From contig OZ024742.1 of the NCBI GenBank assembly GCA_964016885.1, forward strand, positions 309,566,001 to 309,630,000: a stretch of DNA of 64,000 nucleotides, given 5' to 3'. The stretch comes from Eledone cirrhosa (lineage: Eukaryota). Each line of letters starts with the position of its first letter. The stretch's first letter is position 1. A program made the position numbers and the translations under genes. Below are positions 29,520-41,700 of this stretch, one piece after another. The notes below the pieces were generated by a model, which saw nothing but the letters and a program-made list of their open reading frames with translations, made no database searches and had not been told where the DNA came from.

Positions 29520-29763
29520 TGTGACAGCTCAGACCTATGCAGGTTTAGCTGGCCTCCTCCAAGTTATATCTCGTTGGAGGTGTCTTGGATAATTTAATGA
29601 TAGTGACCCCAGTCCTATCATCTCATTTCTACAGCTGAGTAAACTGGAGCAACGTGAAATACAGTGTCTTGCTCAAGGAAACAACACATCACCCGGCCCG
29701 AGAATTGAACTCACAATCTTTCGATGGCAAGCCCAATGCTCTAACCACTAAGCCATGCGCCTT
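29520..29763 (-). mobile_element. tRNA-derived SINE with Meta/V-like central domain
   Basis: Reverse complement has A-box TGGCTTAGTGG, B-box GAGTTCAATTC, then TGTTGTTTCCTTGAGCAAGACACT...CTCCAGTTTACTCAGCTG. Confidence 0.8.
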
Positions 29764-32700
29764 ACTGAGTAGAGAGGCAAGCGTCCATTACAACCCAATA
29801 CTTTTCTGAGCTCACTAAGCTCTACTCTGGCCAGGTCACTGTGTAGAGAGGTTGGCGTTCTCTTATTATCCAGCACCTTTCTGAGCTCTCTAAGCTCCAC
29901 TCTGGCCAGGTCACTGTGTAGAGAGGTTGGCGTTCTCTTATTATCCAGCACCTTTCTGAGCTCTCTAAGCTCCACTCTGGCCAGGTCACTGTATAGAGAG
30001 GTTGGCGTTCTCTTATCATCCAGCAACTTTCTGAGCTCTCTAAGCTCTACTCTGGCCAGGTCACTGTGTAGAGAGGTTGGCGTTCTCTTATTATCCAGCA
30101 CCTTTCTGAGCTCTCTAAGCTCCACTCTGGCCAGGTCACTGTGTAGAGAGGTTGGCGTTCTCTTATTATCCAGCACCTTTCTGAGCTCTCTAAGCTCCAC
30201 TCTGGCCAGGTCACTGTATAGAGAGGTTGGCGTTCTCTTATCATCCAGCAACTTTCTGAGCTCTCTAAGCTCCACTCTGGCCAGGTCACTGTGTAGTGAG
30301 GTTGGCGTTCTCTTATCATCCAGCACCTTTTTGAGCTCTCTAAGCTCCACTCTGACCAGGTCACTGTGTAGAGAGGTTGGCGTTCTCTTATCATCCAGCA
30401 CCTTTCTGAGCTCTCTAAGCTCCACTCTGGCCAGGTCACTGTGTAGAGAGGTTGGCGTTCTCTTATCATCCAGCACCTTTTTGAGCTCTCTAAGCTCCAC
30501 TCTGGCCAGGTCACTGTGTAGAGAGGTTGGCGTTCTCTTATCATCCAGCACCTTTCTGAGCTCTCTAAGCTCCACTCTGACCAGGTCACTGTGTAGTGAG
30601 GTTGGCGTTCTCTGATCATCTAGCACCTTTCTGAGCTCTCTAAGCTCCACTCTGGCCAGGTCACTGTGTAGAGAGGTTGGCGTTCTCTTATCATCCAGCA
30701 ACTTTCTGAGCTCTCTAAGCTCCACTCTGGCCAGGTCACTGTGTAGAGAGGTTGGCGTTCTCTTATCATCCAGCACCTTTCTGAGCTCTCTAAGCTCTAC
30801 TCTGGCCAGGTCACTGTGTAGAGAGGTTGGCATTCTCTTATTATCCAGCAACTTTCTGAGCTCTCTAAGCTCCACTCTGGCCAGGTCACTGTGTAGAGAG
30901 GCCGGCGTTCTCTTATCATCCAGCACCTTTCTGAGCTCTCTAAGCTCCACTCTGGCCAGGTCACTGTGTAGAGAGGTTGGCGTTCTCTTATCATCCAGCA
31001 CCTTTCTGAGCTCTCTAAGCTCCACTCTGGCCAGGTCACTGTGTAGAGAGGCCGGCGTTCTCTTATCATCCAGCACCTTTCTGAGCTCTCTAAGCTCCAC
31101 TCTGGCCAGGTCACTGTGTAGAGAGGTTGGCGTTCTCTTATCATCCAGCACCTTTCTGAGCTCTCTAAGCTCCACTCTGGCCAGGTCACTGTGTAGAGAG
31201 GTTGGCGTTCTCTTATCATCCAGCACCTTTCTGAGCTCTCTAAGCTCCACTCTGGCCAGGTCACTGTGTAGTGAGGTTGGCGTTCTCTGATCATCTAGCA
31301 CCTTTCTGAGCTCTCTAAGCTCCACTCTGGCCAGGTCACTGTGTAGAGAGGCCGGCGTTCTCTTATCATCCAGCACCTTTCTGAGCTCTCTAAGCTCCAC
31401 TCTGGCCAGGTCACTGTGTAGAGAGGTTGGCGTTCTCTTATCATCCAGCAACTTTCTAAGCTCTCTAAGCTCCACTCTGGCCAGGTCACTGTGTAGAGAG
31501 GCCGGCGTTCTCTTATCATCCATCACCTTTCTGAGCTCTCTAAGCTCCACTCTGGCCAGGTCACTGTGTAGAGAGGTTGGCGTTCTTTTATCATCCAGCA
31601 CCTTTCTGAGCTCTCTAAGCTCCACTCTGGCCAGGTCACTGTGTAGAGAGGTTGGCGTTCTCTTATCATCCAGCACCATTCTGAGCTCTCTAAGCTCCAC
31701 TCTGGCCAGGTCACTGTGTAGAGAGGCCGGCGTTCTCTTATCACCCAGCACCTTTCTGAGCTCTCTAAGCTCTACTCTGGCCAGGTCACTGTGTATAGAG
31801 GCCGGCGTTCTCTTATCATCCAGCAACTTTCTGAGCTCTCTAAGCTCCACTGTGGCCAGGTTACTGTGTAGAGAGGTTGGCGTTCTCTTATCATCCAGCA
31901 ACTTTCTGAGCTCTCTAAGCTCCACTCTGGCCAGGTCACTGTCTAGAGAGGTTGGCGTTCTCTTATCATCCAGGAACTTTCTGAGCTATCTAAGCTCTAC
32001 TCTGGCCAGGTCACTGTGTAGAGAGGTTGGCGTTCTCTTATCATCCAGCACCTTTCTGAGCTCTCTAAGCTCCACTCTGACCATGTCACTGTGTAGAGAG
32101 GTTGGCGTTCTCTTATCATCCAGCACCTTTCTGAGCTCTCTAAGCTCCACTCTGGCCAGGTCACTGTGTAGAGAGGCCGGCGTTCTCTTATCATCCAGCA
32201 ACTTTCTGAGCTCTCTAAGCTCCACTCTGGCCAGGTCACTGTCTAGAGAGGTTGGCGTTCTCTTATCATCCAGGAACTTTCTGATCTCTCTAAGCTCCAC
32301 TCTGGCCAGGTCACTGTGTAGAGAGGTTGGCGTTCTCTTATCATCCAGCACCTTTCTGAACTCTCTAAGCTCCACTCTGGCCAGGTCACTGTGTAGAGAG
32401 GTTGGCGTTCTCTTATCATCCAGCACCTTTCTGAACTCTCTAAGCTCCACTCTGGCCAGGTCACTGTCTAGAGAGGTTGGCATTCTCTTATCATCCAGGA
32501 ACTTTCTGATCTCTCTAAGCTCCACTCTGGCCAGGTCACTGTGTAGAGAGGTTGGCGTTCTCTTATCATCCAGCAACTTTCTGAGCTCTCTAAGCTCCAC
32601 TCTGGCCAGGTCACTGTGTAGAGAGGTTGGCGTTCTCATATCATCCAGCAACTTTCTGAACTCTCTAAGCTCCACTCTGGCCAGGTCACTGTGTAGAGAG

Positions 32701-35700
32701 GTTGGCGTTCTCTTATCATCCAGTACCTTTCTGAGCTCTCTAAGCTCCACTCTGGCCAGGTCACTGTGTAGAGAGGCCGGCGTTCTCTTATTATCCAGCA
32801 CCTTTCTGAACTCTCTAAGCTACTCTCTGGCCAGGTCACTGTGTAGAGAGGTTGGCATTCTCTTATCATCCAGCAACTTTCTGAGCTCTCTAAGCTCCAC
32901 TCTGGCCAGGTCACTGTGTAGAGAGGCCGGCGTTCTCTTATTATCCAGCACCTTTCTGAGCTGTCTAGGCTCCACTCTTGCCAGGTCACTGTGTAGAGAG
33001 GTTGGCGTTCTCTTATCATCCAGGAACTTTCTGATCTCTCTAAGCTCCACTCTGGCCAGGTCACTGTGTAGAGAGGCCGGCGTTCTCTTATCATCCAGCA
33101 ACTTTCTGAGCTCTCTAAGCTCCACTCTGGCCAGGTCACTGTCTAGAGAGGTTGGCGTTCTCTTATCATCCAGGAACTTTCTGATCTCTCTAAGCTCCAC
33201 TCTGGCCAGGTCACTGTGTAGAGAGGTTGGCGTTCTCTTATCATCCAGCAACTTTCTGAGCTCTCTAAGCTCCACTCTGGCCAGGTCACTGTGTAGAGAG
33301 GTTGGCGTTCTCTTATCATCCAGCAACTTTCTGAACTCTCTAAGCTCCACTCTGGCCAGGTCACTGTGTAGAGAGGTTGGCGTTCTCTTATCATCCAGTA
33401 CCTTTCTGAGCTCTCTAAGCTCCACTCTGGCCAGGTCACTGTGTAGAGAGGCCGGCGTTCTCTTATTATCCAGCACCTTTCTGAACTCTCTAAGCTACTC
33501 TCTGGCCAGGTCACTGTGTAGAGAGGTTGGCATTCTCTTATCATCCAGCAACTTTCTGAGCTCTCTAAGCTCCACTCTGGCCAGGTCACTGTGTAGAGAG
33601 GCCGGCGTTCTCTTATTATCCAGCACCTTTCTGAGCTGTCTAGGCTCCACTCTTGCCAGGTCACTGTGTAGAGAGGCCGGCGTTCTCTTATTATCCAGCA
33701 CCTTTCTGAACTCTCTAAGCTACTCTCTGGCCAGGTCACTGTGTAGAGAGGTTGGCATTCTCTTATCATCCAGCAACTTTCTGAGCTCTCTAAGCTCCAC
33801 TCTGGCCAGGTCACTGTGTAGAGAGGCCGGCGTTCTCTTATCATCCAGCAACTTTCTGAGCTCTCTAAGCTCCACTCTGGCCAGGTCACTGTCTAGAGAG
33901 GTTGGCGTTCTCTTATCATCCAGGAACTTTCTGATCTCTCTAAGCTCCACTCTGGCCAGGTCACTGTGTAGAGAGGTTGGCGTTCTCTTATCATCCAGCA
34001 ACTTTCTGAGCTCTCTAAGCTCCACTCTGGCCAGGTCACTGTGTAGAGAGGTTGGCGTTCTCTTATCATCCAGCAACTTTCTGAGCTCTCTAAGCTCCAC
34101 TCTGGCCAGGTCACTGTGTAGAGAGGTTGGCGTTCTTTTATCATCCAGCACCTTTCTGAGCTCTCTAAGCTCTACTCTGGCCAGGTCACTGTGTAGAGAG
34201 GTTGGCGTTCTCTTATCATCCAGCAACTTTCTGAGCTCTCTAAGCTCCACTCTGGCCAGGTCACTGTGTAGAGAGGTTGGCGTTCTCTTATCATCCAGCA
34301 ACTTTCTGAGCTCTCTAAGCTCCACTCTGGCCAGGTCACTGTGTAGAGAGGTTGGCGTTCTCTTATCATCCAGCAACTTTCTGAGCTCTCTAAGCTCTAC
34401 TCTGACCAGGTCACTGTGTAGTGAAGTTGGCGTTCTCTTATCATCCAGCACCTTTCTGAGCTCTCTAAGCTCCACTCTGGCCAGGTCACTGTGTAGAGAG
34501 GTTGGCGTTCTCTTATCATCCAGCAACTTTCTGAGCTCTCTAAGCTCCACTCTGGCCAGGTCACTGTGTAGAGAGTTTGGCGTTCTCTTATCATCCAGCA
34601 CCTTTCTGAGCTCTCTAAGCTCTACTCTGACCAGGTCACTGTGTAGTGAAGTTGGCGTTCTCTTATCATCCAGCACCTTTCTGAGCTCTCTAAGCTCCAC
34701 TCTGGCCAGGTCACTGTGTAGAGAGGTTGGCGTTCTCTTATCATCCAGCAACTTTCTGAGCTCTCTAAGCTCCACTCTGGCCAGGTCACTGTGTAGAGAG
34801 GTTGGCGTTCTCTTATCCTCCAGCAACTTTCTGAGCTCTCTAAGCTCCACTCTGCCCAGGTCACTGTGTAGAGAGGTTGGCGTTCTCTTATCATCCAGCA
34901 ACTTTCTGAGCTGTCTAAGCTCTCCTCTGGCCAGGTCACTGTGTAGAGAGGTTGGCGTTCTCTTATCACCCAGCACCTTTCTGAGCTCTCTAAGCTCCAC
35001 TCTGACCAGGTCACTGTGTAGAGAGGTTGGCGTTCTCTTATCATCCAGCACCTTTCTGAGCTCTCTAAGCTCCACTCTGGCCAGGTCACTGTGTAGAGAG
35101 GTTGGCGTTCTCTTATCATCCAGCACCTTTCTGAGCTCTCTAAGCTCCACTCTGGCCAGGTCACTGTGTAGAGAGGTTGGCGTTCTCTTATCATCCAGCA
35201 CCTTTCTGAGCTCTCTAAGCTCCACTCTGGCCAGGTCACTGTGTAGAGAGGTTGGCGTTCTCTTATCATCCAGCACCTTTCTGAGCTCTCTAAGCTCCAC
35301 TCTGGCCAGGTCACTGTGTAGAGAGGTTGGCGTTCTCTTATCATCCAGCACCTTTCTGAGCTCTCTAAGCTCCACTCTGGCCAGGTCACTGTGTAGAGAG
35401 GTTGGCGTTCTCTTATCATCCAGCACCTTTCTGAGCTCTCTAAGCTACACTCTGGCCAGGTCACTGTGTAGAGAGGTTGGCGTTCTCTTATCATCCAGCA
35501 CCTTTCTGAGCTCTCTAAGCTCCACTCTGGCCAGGTCACTGTGTAGAGAGGCCGGCGTTCTCTTATTATCCAGCACCTTTCTGAGCTCTCTAAGCTCTAC
35601 TCTGGCCAGGTCACTGTGTAGAGAGGTTGGCATTCTCTTATTATCCAGCAACTTTCTGAGCTCTCTAAGCTCCACTCTGGCCAGGTCACTGTGTAGAGAG

Positions 35701-38700
35701 GCCGGCGTTCTCTTATCATCCAGCAACTTTCTGAGCTCTCTAAGCTCCACTCTGGCCAGGTCACTGTGTAGAGAGGTTGGCGTTCTCTTATCATCCAGCA
35801 CCTTTCTGAGCTCTCTAAGCTCCACTCTGGCCAGGTCACTGTGTAGAGAGGTTGGCGTTCTCTTATCATCCAGCACCTTTCTGAGCTCTCTAAGCTCCAC
35901 TCTGACCAGGTCACTGTGTAGTGAGGTTGGCGTTCTCTGATCATCCAGCACCTTTCTGAGCTCTCTAAGCTCCACTCTGGCCAGGTCACTGTGTAGAGAG
36001 GTTGGCGTTCTCTTATCATCCAGCAACTTTCTGAGCTCTCTAAGCTCCACTCTGGCCAGGTCACTGTGTAGAGAGGTTGGCGTTCTTTTATCATCCAGCA
36101 CCTTTCTGAGCTCTCTAAGCTCTACTCTGGCCAGGTCACTGTGTAGAGAGGTTGGCGTTCTCTTATCATCCAGCAACTTTCTGAGCTCTCTAAGCTCCAC
36201 TCTGGCCAGGTCACTGTGTAGAGAGGTTGGCGTTCTTTTATCATCCAGCACCTTTCTGAGCTCTCTAAGCTCTACTCTGGCCAGGTCACTGTGTAGAGAG
36301 GTTGGCATTCTCTTATTATCCAGCAACTTTCTGAGCTCTCTAAGCTCCACTCTGGCCAGGTCACTGTGTAGAGAGGCCGGCGTTCTCTTATCATCCAGCA
36401 CCTTTCTGAGCTCTCTAAGCTCCACTCTGGCCAGGTCACTGTGTAGAGAGGTTGGCGTTCTCTTATCATCCAGCACCATTCTGAGCTCTCTAAGCTCCAC
36501 TCTGGCCAGGTCACTGTCTAGAGAGGTTGGCGTTCTCTTATCATCCAGCACCATTCTGAGCTCTCTAAGCTCCACTCTGGCCAGGTCACTGTGTAGAGAG
36601 GTTGGCGTTCTCTTATCATCCAGCAACTTTCTGAGCTCTCTAAGCTCCACTCTGGCCAGGTCACTGTCTAGAGAGGTTGGCGTTCTCTTATCATCCAGCA
36701 ACTTTCTGAGCTCTCTAAGCTCCACTCTGGCCAGGTCACTGTGTAGAGAGGTTGGCGTTCTCTTATCACCCAGCACCTTTCTGAGCTCTCTAAGCTCCAC
36801 TCTGGCCAGGTCACTGTGTATAGAGGCCGGCGTTCTCTTATCATCCAGCAACTTTCTGAGCTCTCTAAGCTCCACTCTGGCCAGGTCACTGTGTAGAGAG
36901 GTTGGCGTTCTCTTATCACCCAGCACCTTTTCTGAGCTCTCTATGCTCTACTCTGGCCAGGTCACTGTGTATAGAGGCCGGCGTTCTCTTATCATCCAGC
37001 AACTTTCTGAGCTCTCTAAGCTCCACTCTGGCCAGGTCACTGTGTAGAGAGGTTGGCGTTCTCTTATCACCCAGCACCTTTCTGAGCTCTCTAAGCTCTA
37101 CTCTGGCCAGGTCACTGTGTATAGAGGGCGGCGTTCTCTTATCATCCAGCAACTTTCTGAGCTCTCTAAGCTCCACTCTGGCCAGGTCACTGTGTAGAGA
37201 GGTTGGCGTTCTCTTATCATCCAGCACCTTTCTGAGCTCTCTAAGCTCCACTCTGACCAGGTCACTGTGTAGTGAAGTTGGCGTTCTCTTATCATCCAGC
37301 ACCTTTCTGAGCTCTCTAAGCTCCACTCTGGCCAGGTCACTGTGTAGAGAGGCCGGCGTTCTCTTATCATCCAGCAACTTTCTGAGCTCTCTAAGCTCCA
37401 CTCTGGCCAGGTCACTGTGTAGAGAGGCCGGCGTTCTCTTATCATCCAGCACCTTTCTGAGCTCTCTAAGCTCCACTCTGGCCAGGTCACTGTGTAGAGA
37501 GGTTGGCGTTCTCTTATCATCCAGTACCTTTCTGAGCTCTCTAAGCTCCACTCTGGCCAGGTCACTGTGTAGAGAGGTTGGCGTTCTCTTATCATCCAGC
37601 ACCTTTCTGAGCTCTCTAAGCTCCACTCTGGCCAGGTCACTGTGTAGAGAGGTTGGCGTTCTCTTATCATCCAGTACCTTTCTGAGCTCTCTAAGCTCCA
37701 CTCTGGCCAGGTCACTGTGTAGAGAGGCCGGCGTTCTCTTATTATCCAGCACCTTTCTGAGCTCTCTAACCTCCACTCTGGCCAGGTCACTGTGTAGAGA
37801 GGTTGGCGTTCTCATATCATCCAGAACCTTTCTGAACTCTCTAAGCTCCACTCTGGCCAGGTCACTGTGTAGTGAGGTTGGCGTTCTCTTATCATCCAAC
37901 ACCTTTCTGAACTCTCTAAGCTACTCTCTGGCCAGGTCACTGTGTAGAGAGGTTGGCATTCTCTTATCATCCAGCAACTTTCTGAGCTCTCTAAGCTCCA
38001 CTCTGGCCAGGTCACTGTGTAGAGAGGTTGGCGTTCTCTTATCATCCAGCAACTTTCTGAGCTCTCTAAGCTACACTCTGGCCAGGTCACTGTGTAGAGA
38101 GGTTGGCGTTCTCTTATCATCCAGGAACTTTCTGAGCTCTCTAAGCTCCACTCTGGCCAGGTCACTGTGTAGAGAGGTTGGCGTTCTCTTATCATCCAGC
38201 ACCTTTCTGAGCTCTCTAAGCTCAACTCTGGCCAGGTCACTGTGTAGAGAGGTTGGCGTTCTCTTATCATCCAGCATCTTTCTGAGCTCTCTAAGCTCCA
38301 CTCTGGCCAGGTCACTGTGTAGAGAGCCCGGCGTTCTCTTATCATCCAGCAACTTTCTGAGCTCTCTAAGCTCCACTCTGGCCAGGTCACTGTGTAGAGA
38401 GGTTGGCGTTCTCTTATCATCCAGCAACTTTCTGAGCTGTCTAAGCTCTCCTCTGGCCAGGTCACTGTGTAGAGAGGTTGGCATTCTCTTATCATCCAGC
38501 ACCTTTTTGAGCTCTCTAAGCTCCACTCTGGCCAGCTCACTGTGTAGAGAGGTTGGCGTTCTCTTATCATCCAGCAACTTTCTGAGCTCTCTAAGCTCCA
38601 CTCTGGCCAGGTCACTGTGTAGTGAGGTTGGCGTTCTCTGATCATCTAGCACCTTTCTGAGCTCTCTAAGCTCCACTCTGGCCAGGTCACTGTGTAGAGA

Positions 38701-41700
38701 GGCCGGCGTTCTCTTATCATCCAGCACCTTTCTGAGCTCTCTAAGCTCCACTCTGGCCAGGTCACTGTCTAGAGAGGTTGGCGTTCTCTTATCATCCAGC
38801 AACTTTCTGAGCTCTCTAAGCTCCACTCTGGCCAGGTCACTGTGTAGAGAGGTTGGCGTTCTCTTATCACCCAGCACCTTTCTGAGCTCTCTAAGCTCTA
38901 CTCTGGCCAGGTCACTGTGTATAGAGGCCGGCGTTCTCTTATCATCCAGCAACTTTCTGAGCTCTCTAAGCTCCACTCTGGCCAGGTCACTGTGTAGAGA
39001 GGTTGGCGTTCTCTTATCATCCAGCAACTTTCTGAGCTCTCTAAGCTCTACTCTGACCAGGTCACTGTGTAGTGAAGTTGGCGTTCTCTTATCATCCAGC
39101 ACCTTTCTGAGCTCTCTAAGCTCCACTCTGGCCAGGTCACTGTGTAGAGAGGTTGGCGTTCTCTTATCATCCAGCAACTTTCTGAGCTCTCTAAGCTCCA
39201 CTCTGGCCAGGTCACTGTGTAGAGAGGTTGGCGTTCTCTTATCATCCAGCACCTTTCTGAGCTCTCTAAGCTCTACTCTGGCCAGGTCACTGTGTAGAGA
39301 GGTTGGCGTTCTCTTATCCTCCAGCAACTTTCTGAGCTCTCTAAGCTCCACTCTGCCCAGGTCACTGTGTAGAGAGGTTGGCGTTCTCTTATCCTCCAGC
39401 AACTTTCTGAGCTCTCTAAGCTCCACTCTGGCCAGGTCACTGTGTAGAGAGGTTGGCGTTCTCTTATCATCCAGCAACTTTCTGAGCTCTCTAAGCTCCA
39501 CTCTGGCCAGGTCACTGTGTAGAGAGGTTGGCGTTCTCTTATCATCCAGCACCTTTCTGAGCTCTCTAAGCTCCACTCTGGCCAGGTCACTGTGTAGAGA
39601 GGTTGGCGTTCTCATATCATCCAGCAACTTTCTGAGCTCTCTAAGCTACACTCTGGCCAGGTCACTGTGTAGAGAGGTTGGCGTTCTCTTATCATCCAGC
39701 AACTTTCTGAGCTCTCTAAGCTCCACTCTGGCCAGGTCACTGTGTAGAGAGGTTGGCATTCTCTTATCATCCAGCACCTTTCTGAGCTCTCTAAGCTCCA
39801 CTGTGGCCAGGTTACTGTGTAGAGAGGCCGGCGTTCTCTTATCATCCAGCAACTTTCTGAGCTCTCTAAGCTCCACTCTGGCCAGGTCACAGTGTAGAGA
39901 GGCCGGCGTTCTCTTATCATCCAGCACCTTTCTGAGCTCTCTAAGCCCCACTCTGACCATGTCACTGTGTAGAGAGGTTGGCGTTCTCTTATCATCCAGC
40001 AACTTTCTGAGCTCTCTAAGCTCCACTCTGACCAGGTCACTGTGTAGAGAGGCCGGCGTTCTCTTATCATCCAGCAACTTTCTGAGCTCTCTAAGCTCCA
40101 CTCTGGCCAGGTCACTGTGTAGAGAGGTTGGCGTTCTCTTATCATCCAGCAACTTTCTGAGCTCTCTAAGCTCCACTCTGACCAGGTCACTGTGTAGAGA
40201 GGTTGGCGTTCTCTTATCATCCAGCACCTTTCTGAGCTCTCTAAGCTCCACTCTGACCAGGTCACTGTGTAGAGAGGTTGGCGTTCTCTGATCATCCAGC
40301 AACTTTCTGAGCTCTCTAAGCTCCACTCTGGCGAGGTCACTGTGTAGAGAGGCCGGCGTTCTCTTATCATCCAGCACCTTTCTGAGCTCTCTAAGCTCCA
40401 CTCTGACCATGTCACTGTGTAGAGAGGTTGGCGTTCTCTTATCATCCAGCAACTTTCTGAGCTCTCTAAGCTCCACTCTGGCCAGGTCACTGTGTAGAGA
40501 GGTTGGCGTTCTCTTATCATCCAGCACCTTTCTGAGCTCTCTAAGCTCCACTCTGGCCAGGTCACTGTGTAGAGAGGTTGGCATTCTCTTATCATCCAGC
40601 ACCTTTCTGAGCTCTCTAAGCTCCACTGTGGCCAGGTTACTGTGTAGAGAGGCCGGCGTTCTCTTATCATCCAGCACCTTTCTGAGCTCTCTAAGCTCCA
40701 CTCTGGCCAGGTCACTGTGTAGAGGGGTTGGCGTTCTCTTATCATCCAGCACCTTTCTGAGCTCTCTAAGCTCCACTGTGGCCAGGTTACTGTGTAGAGA
40801 GGCCGGCGTTCTCTTATCCTCCAGCAACTTTCTGAGCTCTCTAAGCTCCACTCTGGCGAGGTCACTGTGTAGAGAGGCCGGCGTTCTCTTATCATCCAGC
40901 ACCTTTCTGAGCTCTCTAAGCTCCACTCTGACCATGTCACTGTGTAGAGAGGTTGGCGTTCTCTTATCATCCAGCAACTTTCTGAGCTCTCTAAGCTCCA
41001 CTCTGACCAGGTCACTGTGTAGAGAGGCCGGCGTTCTCTTATCATCCAGCAACTTTCTGAGCTCTCTAAGCTCCACTCTGGCCAGGTCACTGTGTAGAGA
41101 GGCCGGCGTTCTCTTATTATCCAGCACCTTTCTGAGCTCTCTAACCTCCACTCTGGCCAGGTCACTGTGTAGAGAGGTTGGCGTTCTCATATCATCCAGA
41201 ACCTTTCTGAACTCTCTAAGCTCCACTCTGGCCAGGTCACTGTGTAGTGAGGTTGGCGTTCTCTTATCATCCAACACCTTTCTGAACTCTCTAAGCTACT
41301 CTCTGGCCAGGTCACTGTGTAGAGAGGTTGGCATTCTCTTATCATCCAGCAACTTTCTGAGCTCTCTAAGCTCCACTCTGGCCAGGTCACTGTGTAGAGA
41401 GGTTGGCGTTCTCTTATCATCCAGCAACTTTCTGAGCTCTCTAAGCTACACTCTGGCCAGGTCACTGTGTAGAGAGGTTGGCGTTCTCTTATCATCCAGG
41501 AACTTTCTGAGCTCTCTAAGCTCCACTCTGGCCAGGTCACTGTGTAGAGAGGTTGGCGTTCTCTTATCATCCAGCACCTTTCTGAGCTCTCTAAGCTCAA
41601 CTCTGGCCAGGTCACTGTGTAGAGAGGTTGGCGTTCTCTTATCATCCAGCATCTTTCTGAGCTCTCTAAGCTCCACTCTGGCCAGGTCACTGTGTAGAGA

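Noticed and set aside
29690-29763. tRNA gene
   Set aside because: A and B boxes are present but it continues into a SINE body and I could not build a full cloverleaf.
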